Of a stretch of DNA of 27,328 bases, positions 17,132 through 27,155 are shown piece after piece; positions within the stretch are counted from its first letter, which is position 1, and each line of letters starts with the position of its first letter. The position numbers and the translations under genes were made by a program. The DNA comes from Candidatus Hydrogenedentota bacterium (GTDB lineage: Bacteria; Hydrogenedentota; Hydrogenedentia; Hydrogenedentales; SLHB01): positions 1-27,328 of the forward strand of contig JARKSN010000022.1 in the NCBI GenBank assembly GCA_029974275.1. Direction: 5' to 3'. The notes beneath the pieces were generated by a model. That model did no database searches. It was not told the DNA's origin and worked only from the letters and a program-made list of their open reading frames with translations.

Positions 17132-18109
17132 ATGTACATACAAGTCATCGGTTCTGGAAGTTGGGGTTTGGCGCTGACGCGACTCCTGGCGCTCAACGGA
17201 CACCGCGTGCGCCTGTGGTGTCGCAAGGAAGATCGCCCAGACGAATTGCGCGCGCTACGACACAGCCCTGTGTTTCTGCCAGAAGTATATCTTCCCGATT
17301 CCGTCGAAGTCGTCGATGACGTTGATCCAGAGGTCGAGATGGCCGTGCTGGCCGTGCCCTCGCACGCGATGCGGACTGTCGTCGAACGCTACCCGCTCTC
17401 GCCGAAAACCATTCGCGTCAGCGTTGCCAAAGGGATCGAAAACGATTCCCTCAAACGCATGAGCGAAGTCATTCAGGAAGTTTCCGGTCCCTGCACCGTC
17501 GTTTCCCTATCGGGGCCAAGCCACGCCGAAGAAGTCGGGCGCGACCTCCCCGCATCGATCGTGGCGGCTTCTCCGAACGGGGCGGCTTGCCGTATCGTGC
17601 AGGAGGCGTTCACCGCGCGCACCTTCCGCGTATACACGAGCCCGGATCAGGCGGGCGTCGAGCTCGGCGGCTCCGTCAAGAACGTCATTGCCATCGCGGC
17701 GGGCGTTTGCGACGGCTTTGGCTTGGGCGACAACGCCAAGGCGGCCCTCATCACGCGCGGCCTTGCCGAGATCGCCCGTCTTGGCGCGGCGATGGGCGCC
17801 GACCCGTTGACGTTTGCGGGACTGAGCGGCATGGGCGACCTTATCGTCACGTGCGCCAGCCGTCACAGTCGCAACCGCGCGGTCGGCGAGCAGATCGCTT
17901 CGGGCAAGACCCTCGAAGAGATTCAGGGCGCGACCCCGATGATCGCCGAGGGTGTTCGCACGACGCGATCGACCTACGCACTGGCCCAACGGTGCGGCAT
18001 CGAGATGCCGATCACCGCACAAGTCTATCGCATTTTGTTCGAGGGCCAGCCCGCGCGCGACGCCATCGGCGCCCTGATGATGCGGGAGCCCAAGCCCGAA
18101 CGTGGATAG
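17132..18109 (+). CDS. gpsA: NAD(P)H-dependent glycerol-3-phosphate dehydrogenase
   Basis: GSGSWG, AVPSH, VAKGIE, SGPSHAEEV, GGSVKNVIAIAAG, GDNAKAALITRGLAE, GLSGMGDLIVTC, SRNR; SD GGAGG. Confidence 0.97.
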   Translation: MYIQVIGSGSWGLALTRLLALNGHRVRLWCRKEDRPDELRALRHSPVFLPEVYLPDSVEVVDDVDPEVEMAVLAVPSHAMRTVVERYPLSPKTIRVSVAKGIENDSLKRMSEVIQEVSGPCTVVSLSGPSHAEEVGRDLPASIVAASPNGAACRIVQEAFTARTFRVYTSPDQAGVELGGSVKNVIAIAAGVCDGFGLGDNAKAALITRGLAEIARLGAAMGADPLTFAGLSGMGDLIVTCASRHSRNRAVGEQIASGKTLEEIQGATPMIAEGVRTTRSTYALAQRCGIEMPITAQVYRILFEGQPARDAIGALMMREPKPERG

Positions 18110-19400
18110 CGATGACGGCATAGCCTCGCCGACAGTGCAAGCCGCCCATAGCGGCGATCTGCCCCGCGCTTTTCAGTTGCGGAATCTGGGGTATGCCGGC
18201 GGAGATGCCGCGTTTTACGGCCTTGGGCTGAACATGATGGCCCCGACGCTGCCGTTCCTGTTCAAGCAAGCCGGCATCGATGCCAGTTGGCTGGGTTTCA
18301 TCTTTCTCGCTACGTTCATGGCTGCTTTCGGCGGCCCCATCGGCACGGTATGGGCGGAGCGGTTTACCCAGGGAAAGATGCCGTTCATCCTCCTGATCGG
18401 GGCATTGCACCGGCTTCCATATCTCCTGCTGCCCCTGAGCGTGCTGATTCTGTTCGACAAGCCCCATCTTCTGGTCACGGTCGTCATCATTGCATGGATG
18501 TCGGCCAGTTTCATCGCCGGGTTTGTCGCTCCTGTCTTTAATGTGGTGCTGACGGGAAGCTTTAGCGAGCGTTGGTGGGGGCGCATGATGGGGCTCCGGT
18601 ATTTTCTCGTTTCCATATCCGGTCTTTGTGCTGCGGGATGCATGTGGTGCGTCAATCACCTCGTCTCCTCCCCCAAGAACTATATTTTGATGGGAACCGC
18701 CGGGGTGTTTTTTCTATTCGTTTCGCTTGCGAGTTTCAGTCGATTTCGCGAGGTGAGGCATCATGTCGTTTCTGGAGACGCGAGGGCGGGAGTGGGGGCC
18801 GCGCTGCGGAGAATGAGAGCGATCCTGGTCGATGACCTCCGAATACGCTGGGTGGTGCTTGCGTATGCCATGCGATCCTTTGGTTTTTTGATGGGAGTCT
18901 ATTGGGTGGCGTTTTTCATTGAGCGCTGCCACCTGACCCAAACCCAAATGTGGATTCCCTTGCTCATGACGGCAGCCCCCGAGCCGTTCGCCCACATGAT
19001 TTCGGGGTGGGCCGTCGATCGCTTCGGCGTCAAACGCATACTTCTGTTCTCGTCGTTTCTTGTGTTCGTGAACAGCATTTTGCTGATCAACTGCCATTCC
19101 CTGATTGCCTTTGTCCTTCTGTTTCCCGCTGGGGTGCTGGGCGGTTCTCTGTGGAATATGGCATGGCCCATGTTGATGTTGAAACTCGCGCCTCGGTCCC
19201 GCCGGAGTGATTATTTCGCCACGTTGTCGTTGGCCACTGCGCCGTTCGGAATCGGGGCAACGCTAGCCGGTTTTTGGGTGCTGCGGCATTTTGGATATGT
19301 GGCCGTTTTTTGCTTGAGCTCCCTTGGAGGGCTGCTAGCAATGCTCCTGTATTTTTTCACGTTGCCTGACATTCGGGAAGCGCCACTCGATCGCGGATGA
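18102..19400 (+). CDS. MFS transporter
   Basis: About 12 hydrophobic segments; MFS loop motif GWAVDRFGVKR; GTG start overlapping the gpsA stop. Confidence 0.82.
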   Translation: MDSDDGIASPTVQAAHSGDLPRAFQLRNLGYAGGDAAFYGLGLNMMAPTLPFLFKQAGIDASWLGFIFLATFMAAFGGPIGTVWAERFTQGKMPFILLIGALHRLPYLLLPLSVLILFDKPHLLVTVVIIAWMSASFIAGFVAPVFNVVLTGSFSERWWGRMMGLRYFLVSISGLCAAGCMWCVNHLVSSPKNYILMGTAGVFFLFVSLASFSRFREVRHHVVSGDARAGVGAALRRMRAILVDDLRIRWVVLAYAMRSFGFLMGVYWVAFFIERCHLTQTQMWIPLLMTAAPEPFAHMISGWAVDRFGVKRILLFSSFLVFVNSILLINCHSLIAFVLLFPAGVLGGSLWNMAWPMLMLKLAPRSRRSDYFATLSLATAPFGIGATLAGFWVLRHFGYVAVFCLSSLGGLLAMLLYFFTLPDIREAPLDRG

Positions 19401-19510
19401 TCGTGCGCAAGAATTTCACACTTCCAAAACCAGGAAATCAGTATGCTGTATTGTATTTATTGATTTATTTCTATATCTAGAAGATTATATGGTTTTTACG
19501 ACAGATTATG

Positions 19511-19519
19511 TGATATACT
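19511..19519 (+). promoter_or_regulatory. Extended -10 element in an AT-rich intergenic region
   Basis: TGaTATACT upstream of the hybrid kinase; no clear -35 element. Confidence 0.4.
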
Positions 19520-19647
19520 TAAGGTGAGGAAGGCTTGAAGTGCTTGGAAAAGGTTTCTCTTTCGCGCAGCCAGCAAGGGAGAAGCCGCTCCTGTCTCGAG
19601 AAGTAATAGATTGCTTTCTTATTTTTGACGCTATTATTTTCTGATTT

Positions 19648-21666
19648 ATGAAAGGTCATGACTTACATAAAGGCATAGGCGATTGTAGTATGGACACATT
19701 TCACGGGGAAGCCCACGCCCTCAAATCAAGCGATGATGATGGAATTCTCAGAGTCTTCGATGCTTTTCAAGATGGGATCGTGTTGGTGCAGCAAGACATG
19801 ACCATCTTATTCGCCAATCGGGCCGTCGGAAAATGGGGATTCAATGCCGCATCGATGTGTGGGGGGGCTTGTGGCGAATTCGCGGTGGGGTGTCTCGCAT
19901 GCGGGGACGATTGCATTGTGCAGCAGGCGCTGGCGCAGGCGATCCCCGTCCGCCAGGAACGATCGTTTCACGATGCCGCGGGCAGGCTGCATGTGCTCGA
20001 GGTGTTTGCGGCGCCGATGATGGATGTGAAAGGACGGGTTGATGCTGTGCTCAAGTCGGTGCGCGACATCACCGAACAGCGCCAGGCGGAGCAAGCGCTG
20101 CTGGCCAGCGAGGAGAGGCATCGCGCGGTGCTGGAAGGCATCGAAGACGGATACTACGAGGTGGACCTGCGGGGACGTTTCGTTTTTTTCAATGAAGCGC
20201 TGAGCCGTATGCTTGGTTGTCTGCCGCTTGAGATGCTGGGCCATTCCTATAAGCAGTTTGCGCTGCCTGACAGCGTGCCTTCGATTCGAAATGCGTTTTT
20301 GCGCGTGCTGCGGAGCGGACGGCCCGAACGCGCCTTTGATTGCAGCGTGCGCCGCAAGGATGGTTCGGTAGGGCACATCAGCCTCTCGATTGCCTTGGTG
20401 CATGCCGAGAATGGGGACGCCAAGGGATTTCGAGGCATTGTTCGGGACATCACGGAATGCAAAATCAACGAGACAATTCAGCGCCGCATGGAAGCGCAGA
20501 TGGTTCATGCGCAGAAAATGGAAAGCCTCGGCATAATGGCCGGGGGAATAGCGCATGACTTCAACAACATTCTGATGGGCATTTTGGGGAACACGGATTT
20601 AGCGCTTTTGGAGGAGGACACTTCCGAGCCTGTCCGCGAATGCCTCAACGAAATACGCGGGGCGGCGTTTCGCGCTGCGCATCTCATCAGCCAGATGGTG
20701 GCGTACAGCGGACAAGGGCCGTATTTTGTCCAAGCCATCGACCTGTCCGCCTTCCTGGAGGAATCGGCGGGATTGGTGGAGACAGCGGCTCACGGCGTGT
20801 CCGTTGCGTTTCAACTTGCTTCGGACCTTCCGTCCATCGAGGCCGACGAGACCCAACTGCGGCAATTGCTCATCAACCTTGTCGCCAACGCGTCGGAATC
20901 CATGACGGAGGGGGGCGCGATTACGTTATCGACGGGGACCATGGCCGTGGATCGACGTTTCCTGGCTCATGTGTCCATGGAGCATGGGCTCCACGAGGGA
21001 ACCTGCGTCTTCCTTGAAGTGGCCGACACCGGCACGGGCATGGATGCGCCCACGCAAGCGCGCATGTTCGAGCCTTTCTTCACGACCAAATTCGCGGGGC
21101 GCGGGCTTGGACTGGCGGCGGTGCAAGGCATTGTGCGGATGCATCGCGGAGCGGTGCGCGTGCTGAGTTCGCCCGGGCAGGGAACAACGGTGCGCGTGTG
21201 TTTTCCGCTAGCTTCTTCTGCGGAAAAGGGGGAGCGCAAGCGCATTCCGGGATCGCTTTCCGATACCCTGCGGGGGGCGCAAGTGCTCGTGGTGGAGGAT
21301 GACGATGCGATCCGGAGCGTGACGCGCCGCACGTTGGAACGGGCGGGGTGTCGCGTCATCGTCGCGCGCAACGGGCGCGAGGCGGTGGATTTGTTCCGGC
21401 TCTGCGCGGCCAAGATTTCGGTGGTCATTTTGGATTTGATCATGCCGGAGATGACGGGCGAAGAGGCGTTGCGAATTATTCGTTCAATCCGTCCGGACGT
21501 GCCGGTGATCTTGTCGAGCGGATATAGCGAAGAGGACATGGAACAGCATTTTCGCGGGGTCGGCATCAGCGCCATTTTGCACAAGCCATACGGCGCTTCG
21601 GACGTGGTCAGCGCGGTGTGTCGAGCATTGGAAGCGCCGATGGAAACGCTTGAAAGAGAGGTCTGA
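19648..21666 (+). CDS. PAS-PAS hybrid sensor histidine kinase / response regulator (CckA-like architecture)
   Basis: Two PAS/PAC domains (VRDITE twice); H-box QKMESLGIMAGGIAHDFNN; NLVANA, VADTGTGM, FEPFFTTK, GRGLGL; receiver VVEDD...ILDLIMP...SGY...KPY. Alternative start ATG 19690. Confidence 0.95.
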   Translation: MKGHDLHKGIGDCSMDTFHGEAHALKSSDDDGILRVFDAFQDGIVLVQQDMTILFANRAVGKWGFNAASMCGGACGEFAVGCLACGDDCIVQQALAQAIPVRQERSFHDAAGRLHVLEVFAAPMMDVKGRVDAVLKSVRDITEQRQAEQALLASEERHRAVLEGIEDGYYEVDLRGRFVFFNEALSRMLGCLPLEMLGHSYKQFALPDSVPSIRNAFLRVLRSGRPERAFDCSVRRKDGSVGHISLSIALVHAENGDAKGFRGIVRDITECKINETIQRRMEAQMVHAQKMESLGIMAGGIAHDFNNILMGILGNTDLALLEEDTSEPVRECLNEIRGAAFRAAHLISQMVAYSGQGPYFVQAIDLSAFLEESAGLVETAAHGVSVAFQLASDLPSIEADETQLRQLLINLVANASESMTEGGAITLSTGTMAVDRRFLAHVSMEHGLHEGTCVFLEVADTGTGMDAPTQARMFEPFFTTKFAGRGLGLAAVQGIVRMHRGAVRVLSSPGQGTTVRVCFPLASSAEKGERKRIPGSLSDTLRGAQVLVVEDDDAIRSVTRRTLERAGCRVIVARNGREAVDLFRLCAAKISVVILDLIMPEMTGEEALRIIRSIRPDVPVILSSGYSEEDMEQHFRGVGISAILHKPYGASDVVSAVCRALEAPMETLEREV

Positions 21667-21710
21667 CCCGGAAGTCAAAACCGCCGGGTCAGACGAGCGC
21701 CGCAACGGCG

Positions 21711-22529
21711 TCAATTTTCGCTGGGCGCCGGAGCGTTCGAAGTGTTCTCGGATGCCGTTTCAGGAACGGTTGCCGGGGCAGACTCCGGGGAAACCGCAGG
21801 CGTCGCCTCGGGAGATGCATCTGCGGTCGTTGCGGGGGGCGCCTCGAAGAGATCAGGATGGGATTTGCGCAACCGGTCGAGCTCGCCTTGCGCGTATTGG
21901 GCCAATTGACTTCCGGGGAAAATGGAAAGCTGTTGTTGATAGGAAGCCACGGCGTCCTTGAGGTTCCCGAGTTGCTCCTGGAGACGCGCCATGTTTGCGG
22001 GCTGCCGCCGTCCCGTGAAGGAGGTTGGCCATTTCTCGAGGATTTCCTTGCAAAGCGCAAGGGCTCCGGCGTAATCCTGCTCCTGTTCGCGCACAGCAGC
22101 CAACCCGTCCATCGCCTCGGCCACGTATGCGGAGTTCGGAAACTCGGTTTTCACGCGCTCGAAGGCATCCTTGGCTTTGTCGTATTGGCCCGCGCGGAAC
22201 GCGGCTTCTCCGGCCATGCAGGCGATTTCGGCGCCCAAATCGCCCTTGCCTTTCGGAAGCGCTAGAAGTTCCTGAGATCTGGTGGCGGGGTCCTCGGTGG
22301 ACAACGCCCGGGCGTATTTGGATACGAGCTCTTTTTCCGCGTTGACGACGCCGGCTCGGTACAGGACGCCCACGATGAGAACGAGGAAGACAAAGGCGAC
22401 GATGCCGAGGTACAGCAACGGATTGTCGCGCATATGCCGCAACAACGCGGCCCAATCGCCGGCCTTTTCGGCCAGATCGTCGGTTTCTTCCATATAACGG
22501 CGTTGTTTTTTTCTTGTGTCGTCTGCCAT
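21711..22529 (-). CDS. YfgM-like single-TM TPR protein with Pro/Ala-rich tail
   Basis: SD GGAGGG before ATG 22529; cytoplasmic N-terminus, one TM, TPRs (GQYDKAKDAFERVKTEFPNS; YQQQLSIFPGS). Confidence 0.8.
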   Translation of the reverse strand: MADDTRKKQRRYMEETDDLAEKAGDWAALLRHMRDNPLLYLGIVAFVFLVLIVGVLYRAGVVNAEKELVSKYARALSTEDPATRSQELLALPKGKGDLGAEIACMAGEAAFRAGQYDKAKDAFERVKTEFPNSAYVAEAMDGLAAVREQEQDYAGALALCKEILEKWPTSFTGRRQPANMARLQEQLGNLKDAVASYQQQLSIFPGSQLAQYAQGELDRLRKSHPDLFEAPPATTADASPEATPAVSPESAPATVPETASENTSNAPAPSEN

Positions 22530-22608
22530 TGGACCCTCCATCTCCCGTGTGTGCGGCCCGACGCGCCGGGCGGCTGCGTTATCGTTCTGCCGGGGGCGCG
22601 TACGACCC

Positions 22609-23172
22609 CTACGGCGCATTGCTCCATTCGGTGATTTTCCAGTTCCCGTCGAGTTTCACCAAGCGCACCGTGACCTGGCCCTGGATGTTGATGGGCGGAT
22701 CCTCGTTGCTGTTTGCGGGTTCCGCCAATGTCCCGAAAGTTTCGACTGCCCTCGCCTCGATGCCCTCCACGACAATGCGCGGCGGAACGCGCGTTATTTG
22801 TATGGTGCGGTATCGCTTGAAAAGGTCCGCCAGGTGATCGCGCAGGGCCACGTAGTCACGTCCGTCGGCATCCCGATAGTCGCGCGATACGTGAGCCAGC
22901 ACTTGGTATATCCGTTGCCCCTCCATGCCGCGATGGACCTCGTTGAGGAGGGCGGATATCTGGGCATCGTCGCTGGGTTGCACGCCCGGAATCGCGAGGC
23001 CCGATCGGCCAACCGCCCCCGATAGACGCTTTGCCCATGGGGTCTGACAGGCGGTCAACATGAGAGCCGCCCCCAGGAGGATGACCGAAAGGCCTATGCC
23101 GGAAGGCAGTGCGATGCCAACGCGATAGCTCGCGGGGCAATTCGATCGGCGTATGCGTCCCCCCTGTTCCAT
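22609..23172 (-). CDS. Hypothetical lipoprotein, NTF2/SnoaL-like fold
   Basis: Lipobox LTAC; 'QISALLNEVHRGME...VSRDYRD...LVKLDGNWKITEW' pattern typical of NTF2-like domains. Start uncertain. Confidence 0.68.
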   Translation of the reverse strand: MEQGGRIRRSNCPASYRVGIALPSGIGLSVILLGAALMLTACQTPWAKRLSGAVGRSGLAIPGVQPSDDAQISALLNEVHRGMEGQRIYQVLAHVSRDYRDADGRDYVALRDHLADLFKRYRTIQITRVPPRIVVEGIEARAVETFGTLAEPANSNEDPPINIQGQVTVRLVKLDGNWKITEWSNAP

Positions 23173-23196
23173 GGCTGCGTTGCGTTCTTTTCCGGT

Positions 23197-23691
23197 TCAG
23201 CGATTGTCGGGCACGGAATGCAACACCAGGCGGCGTCCAAAAAGGACTCCCTGGTCCTTAATGGTCACGGTCAGCGTCCGTCCCGGCTTCGTGAACGTCA
23301 AATCCGCGCCCTTATCGGCCTGAACGATATTCTGAAATTTCCATTGGCCCGCGGGGGCTTGGTCGATATAGAATTGCGCGATCTCTCCGACCGAAGCCCG
23401 CGACTTGTACACCATGCGCCCCACTTGGACATTCGCGGTTTCGTATACGTAGCTCTCCTTGGGAACGTCTTTAACGCCCACGGGAAGAGGAACATCGGAA
23501 AAGCGCTGCTCGGAGGAAAGGGCCAAGCCGGATTCGGAGGTTGCGGAGGCCGGGGCGCCAACGGAAGGGCTTTGAGCGCCGGCATCCAGCGGATCGTCCA
23601 GCGGATTGTCCGATTTTTGCAGCCAAGGGATGCTCTGGCATCCCGCAAAGGCTAGCATACAAACCAACAGGCATGCCGTTCCTTGTTTCAT
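23197..23691 (-). CDS. Hypothetical lipoprotein
   Basis: SD AAAGGAGA before ATG 23691; lipobox FAGC; RFSDVPLP...FY...GQW...LTFTK. Confidence 0.78.
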   Translation of the reverse strand: MKQGTACLLVCMLAFAGCQSIPWLQKSDNPLDDPLDAGAQSPSVGAPASATSESGLALSSEQRFSDVPLPVGVKDVPKESYVYETANVQVGRMVYKSRASVGEIAQFYIDQAPAGQWKFQNIVQADKGADLTFTKPGRTLTVTIKDQGVLFGRRLVLHSVPDNR

Positions 23692-24011
23692 AGTATTCTC
23701 CTTTTCTGCCAACGCAGACACGACGCCGTTCGCGTTTTCGCTGCACGAGGCGGCGAGAAAGCCCGATCCGCCTGGGCAGGCCCGAAGACCCGCCATCGCC
23801 TTTCGGAGCGGAACTCCCCGCCAAAGCACGTGCGCCGACGCTTTCCTGGAACGGGGCGGAGTCTAGCACAAACGTCGGGCGCGACTCCACTTGCAGCGTT
23901 GCGAAATGGATGCGCGCGCGCGGCATGGAGCGCGGAGCCCGCGATCTCCGCTTTTGGGTTGTGTATACTGCGTGACTTATGCGTCGGGGCCTTCTTTTCA
24001 GGAGCAGCAAG

Positions 24012-26024
24012 ATGAGAATGCGACGGATGGCATGCGGGCGGATTGGGTTGTGTCTATCGGCCATAGGGTTCGGGTTCATGTTCCTGATTGCGGGCGGGGG
24101 CATTGCCGTCGCCGCGGATGCCGCAGCCCCCGCGTTGCCGCCGAATGCGATATGGCTGGATGAAATTCCGCTCAACCATTATGAGCAGGCCTTTCAGATC
24201 CCCACGCCGAGGAAATCGGTGTTCCAGAAGCCTTTGACCGTCGCGGGGACGGTGTATTCGCGCGGGATTGGCACGCACTCCCTTTTTGAATGGATGTTGG
24301 ACGTCAAGGGCGAGGCCGAGACCTTCGAAGCATGGATCGGCGTCGACGATGAAACCGACAAGCGCGGCAGCGTCGTCTTCGAAGCGTGGGCCGACCAAAA
24401 GTGTGTATATCGTTCGTCCGTTATGCGTTGCGGCGAACCAGCCAAGCGCATGACCGCCGACGTGCGCGGCGCCCAAAAGGTTCTGCTGGCATTGCGCATG
24501 GCCGGAGACGGCATGGGCTGGGACCACGGCGACTGGTGCGATGCGTACTTTGTGATGAAGCCCGGCTCGACCGTCAGACCCACGCCGGTCCCCATCGAGG
24601 TCGATGCTACTCCGATGCCCATCGCCACGATCGACAAGGCGGAACTCGGCATTTTCGGCCCACGCGTAGTTGGGGCGACGCCGGGCAAACCGTTCCTGTT
24701 CCGCATTCCGGCGTCGGGCAATGGCAAGCTGTCGTTCACGGCGAGCGGCTTGCCGCGGGGACTGAAGCTCGACCGGGCGAGGGGAATTATCTCCGGCGGC
24801 ATAGCCAAGCCTTCGGTCTCGGATGTGCTGCTGACCGTCAGGGACAAGGACGGAAAAGCCCAGCGCAATCTGCGAATCATCTCGGCGCGCAACGTCCTCG
24901 CGCAGACTCCGCCGATGGGATGGAACTCGTGGAACGCCTGGCTGAAGGAAATCGATGACGCGAAGATACGCGATGCGGCGGACGCGATGATTGCCAGCGG
25001 TCTCGCCGACAAGGGCTATCAGTACGTCAACATCGACGATGGCTGGGTGGGGAAGCGCGACGTGAATGACGTTATCGAGTCCAATGAGAGATTCCCCGAC
25101 ATGAAAGCGCTTACGGATCATATCCACGCAAGGGGGTTGAAAGCCGGCATCTACTCGTCGCCGGGGCCAAGGACCTGCTGCGGGTTCGAGGGCAGCTATC
25201 AGCACGAGGCCGCCGACGCCGCGCGGTACGCCGAGTGGGGTTTCGATTATCTCAAATATGATTGGTGCTCGTACTTCGACCTGGCCGGCCTGGATGCGCC
25301 ACTGGAGGAGCTCAAAGGGCCGTACCGCGCCATGGGCGAAGCGTTGCAGAAGTCGCCCCGCGATATCGTACTGAGCATGGGCCAAGGTGGCCAGGGGGCG
25401 CCTTGGCTCTGGGGGCACGAGTGCGGCGCGAGCCTCTGGCGCATCGAGACGGATATCTGGGACAAATGGACGGTGATTTTCGCCATAGGAATGACCGACC
25501 TCGCGATCAGTCAGTATGCACACCCCGGACACTGGAACGATCCCGATATGCTCGTGGTGGGGACGATGTGTTGGGGGACAAACAAACAACACCCGTCGGC
25601 CCTGCGTCCGAACGAACAGATCACCCATATCACGATGTGGAGCATGCTCGCCGCGCCGTTGTTGCTCGGCTGCGACCTGACAAAACTCGACGCGTTCACT
25701 TTCAATCTCGTCGCCAATCCCGAAGTCATCGACGTCGATCAAGACCCCCTCGGCAAGAGCGCTATGCGTCTTCAAGGGGACGGCACGACTGAAATATGGA
25801 CACGGCCTCTGTTCGACGGAACGAAAGCCGTTGCGTTGTTCAACCTCTCGCCATGGCAGCAGACGATTGTGCTTTCGCCTGAATTGCTCGCGGTCAAGAA
25901 AGGCACGCCCATGCGCGACCTCTGGCAACGCCGCGACAGCGATCCGATCAGCGGCGATACGCTTTTCGACGTCGCCCCACATGGCGCAGTGTTGCTCAAA
26001 CTGGGCGCCCCGAAGACACGTTGA
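24012..26024 (+). CDS. Secreted GH27 alpha-galactosidase with NPCBM/NEW2 and putative Ig domains
   Basis: SD AGGAG before ATG 24012; signal peptide; NPCBM (RGIGTHS...GVDDE...DHGDW); Ig-like (GLPRGLKLD..GIISG); GH27 TPPMGWNSWN, NIDDGW, YLKYDWC, WR...DI, WNDPDML, APLLLGCD, DQDPLG. Confidence 0.93.
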   Translation: MRMRRMACGRIGLCLSAIGFGFMFLIAGGGIAVAADAAAPALPPNAIWLDEIPLNHYEQAFQIPTPRKSVFQKPLTVAGTVYSRGIGTHSLFEWMLDVKGEAETFEAWIGVDDETDKRGSVVFEAWADQKCVYRSSVMRCGEPAKRMTADVRGAQKVLLALRMAGDGMGWDHGDWCDAYFVMKPGSTVRPTPVPIEVDATPMPIATIDKAELGIFGPRVVGATPGKPFLFRIPASGNGKLSFTASGLPRGLKLDRARGIISGGIAKPSVSDVLLTVRDKDGKAQRNLRIISARNVLAQTPPMGWNSWNAWLKEIDDAKIRDAADAMIASGLADKGYQYVNIDDGWVGKRDVNDVIESNERFPDMKALTDHIHARGLKAGIYSSPGPRTCCGFEGSYQHEAADAARYAEWGFDYLKYDWCSYFDLAGLDAPLEELKGPYRAMGEALQKSPRDIVLSMGQGGQGAPWLWGHECGASLWRIETDIWDKWTVIFAIGMTDLAISQYAHPGHWNDPDMLVVGTMCWGTNKQHPSALRPNEQITHITMWSMLAAPLLLGCDLTKLDAFTFNLVANPEVIDVDQDPLGKSAMRLQGDGTTEIWTRPLFDGTKAVALFNLSPWQQTIVLSPELLAVKKGTPMRDLWQRRDSDPISGDTLFDVAPHGAVLLKLGAPKTR

Positions 26025-26214
26025 CGGGCATCCGGATTGACAATCTGCCGATATCTCCGGCTGGAACGAAAGCCCCGCAAAACCGCGGATTTGCATACGG
26101 CGGCGCGTTGGCGCACTATGGGGGCGTTTGCCGTATGCATGACTTGCGTCGTATTATGTGCGTTACGTGACGTTCGGCGAAATGGGTAGTTGGATTGTTG
26201 GGAGAAATCGGATT

Positions 26215-27147
26215 ATGGGAATTCAGATGGAGCCGGGATCGGCCGTTTTCTTTGAGGGGCAGTACGTCCCCACCGAGCAGGCAAAGATTAGCATCATGAC
26301 CCACGCCTTCAATTACGGCACCGGATTGTTCGAGGGCATTCGCGGGTATTACACGAAAGACGAAGACAATATCCTCGTGTTCCGCCTCAAGGAACACGTC
26401 GACCGTCTCGTCCGCAACTGCAACGTCATGTGTATGGACATCCCGCAGTCGCGCGAGGAGATCGAGAACATTTGCATCGAGGTGATTCGCCGCAGCGGAT
26501 TCAAGGAAGGCGTCTACATCCGCCCCATCGTGTACAAAGACGAGCTCTCGCTCGGCCCGAAACTGAGCGGCGTGCATAGCAGCCTCTGTTGTTACGTCAT
26601 CAAGCTGGGCGACTACTGCGACATCTCGACCGGGCTCGACGTCGCGGTTACATCGTGGCGGCGTTTGTCGGACAACGCCATCCCCAGCCGCGTCAAGAGT
26701 ACCGGAAGCTACGTCAACTCAGCCCTTGCGTCGAGCGAGGCTAAGGACGCCGGCTTCGACGAGGCCATCTTCCTGCGCGAAGACGGCAGCGTCGCCGAAG
26801 GCAGCGCCATGAACCTCTTCATCGTCATGGACGGCAAACTCATCACCTCGCCGGTCACTGCGGATATCCTCGTCGGCATCACGCGCAACACGATCCTGGA
26901 ACTCGCCGCCAAGGAACTCGGCATCGAGGTCGTCGAGCGACCCATCGCCCGCACCGAGCTCTACGTCTGCGACGAAGTTTTCTTCACCGGCACCGGCGCA
27001 CAAGTCGCCCCGGTCCGCTCCGTCGACCGCCGCATCGTCGGCCAAGGCGAACCCGGCCCCATCGCCAAACAACTCCAGTCGCTCTACTTCGACGTCGTCC
27101 AAGGGAAAGTCGCCAAGTACCGGCACTGGTGTACACCGGTCTTTTGA
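26215..27147 (+). CDS. ilvE: Branched-chain amino acid aminotransferase
   Basis: HAFNYGTGLFEGIR, YIRP, K-x-x-GSYVNS, GFDEAI, EGSAMNLF, ILVGITR, DEVFFTGTGAQV; SD GGGAGA before ATG 26215. Confidence 0.96.
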   Translation: MGIQMEPGSAVFFEGQYVPTEQAKISIMTHAFNYGTGLFEGIRGYYTKDEDNILVFRLKEHVDRLVRNCNVMCMDIPQSREEIENICIEVIRRSGFKEGVYIRPIVYKDELSLGPKLSGVHSSLCCYVIKLGDYCDISTGLDVAVTSWRRLSDNAIPSRVKSTGSYVNSALASSEAKDAGFDEAIFLREDGSVAEGSAMNLFIVMDGKLITSPVTADILVGITRNTILELAAKELGIEVVERPIARTELYVCDEVFFTGTGAQVAPVRSVDRRIVGQGEPGPIAKQLQSLYFDVVQGKVAKYRHWCTPVF

Positions 27148-27155
27148 AAGAAAAA

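Noticed and set aside
26037..26054. TTGACA next to GCCGATAT (sigma-70 -35 or sigma-28 -10)
   Set aside because: Neither has a partner element at the right spacing: no -10 17 nt downstream and no TAAA 15 nt upstream.
24054..26096. 680-aa minus-strand ORF
   Set aside because: Shadow of the GH27 gene.
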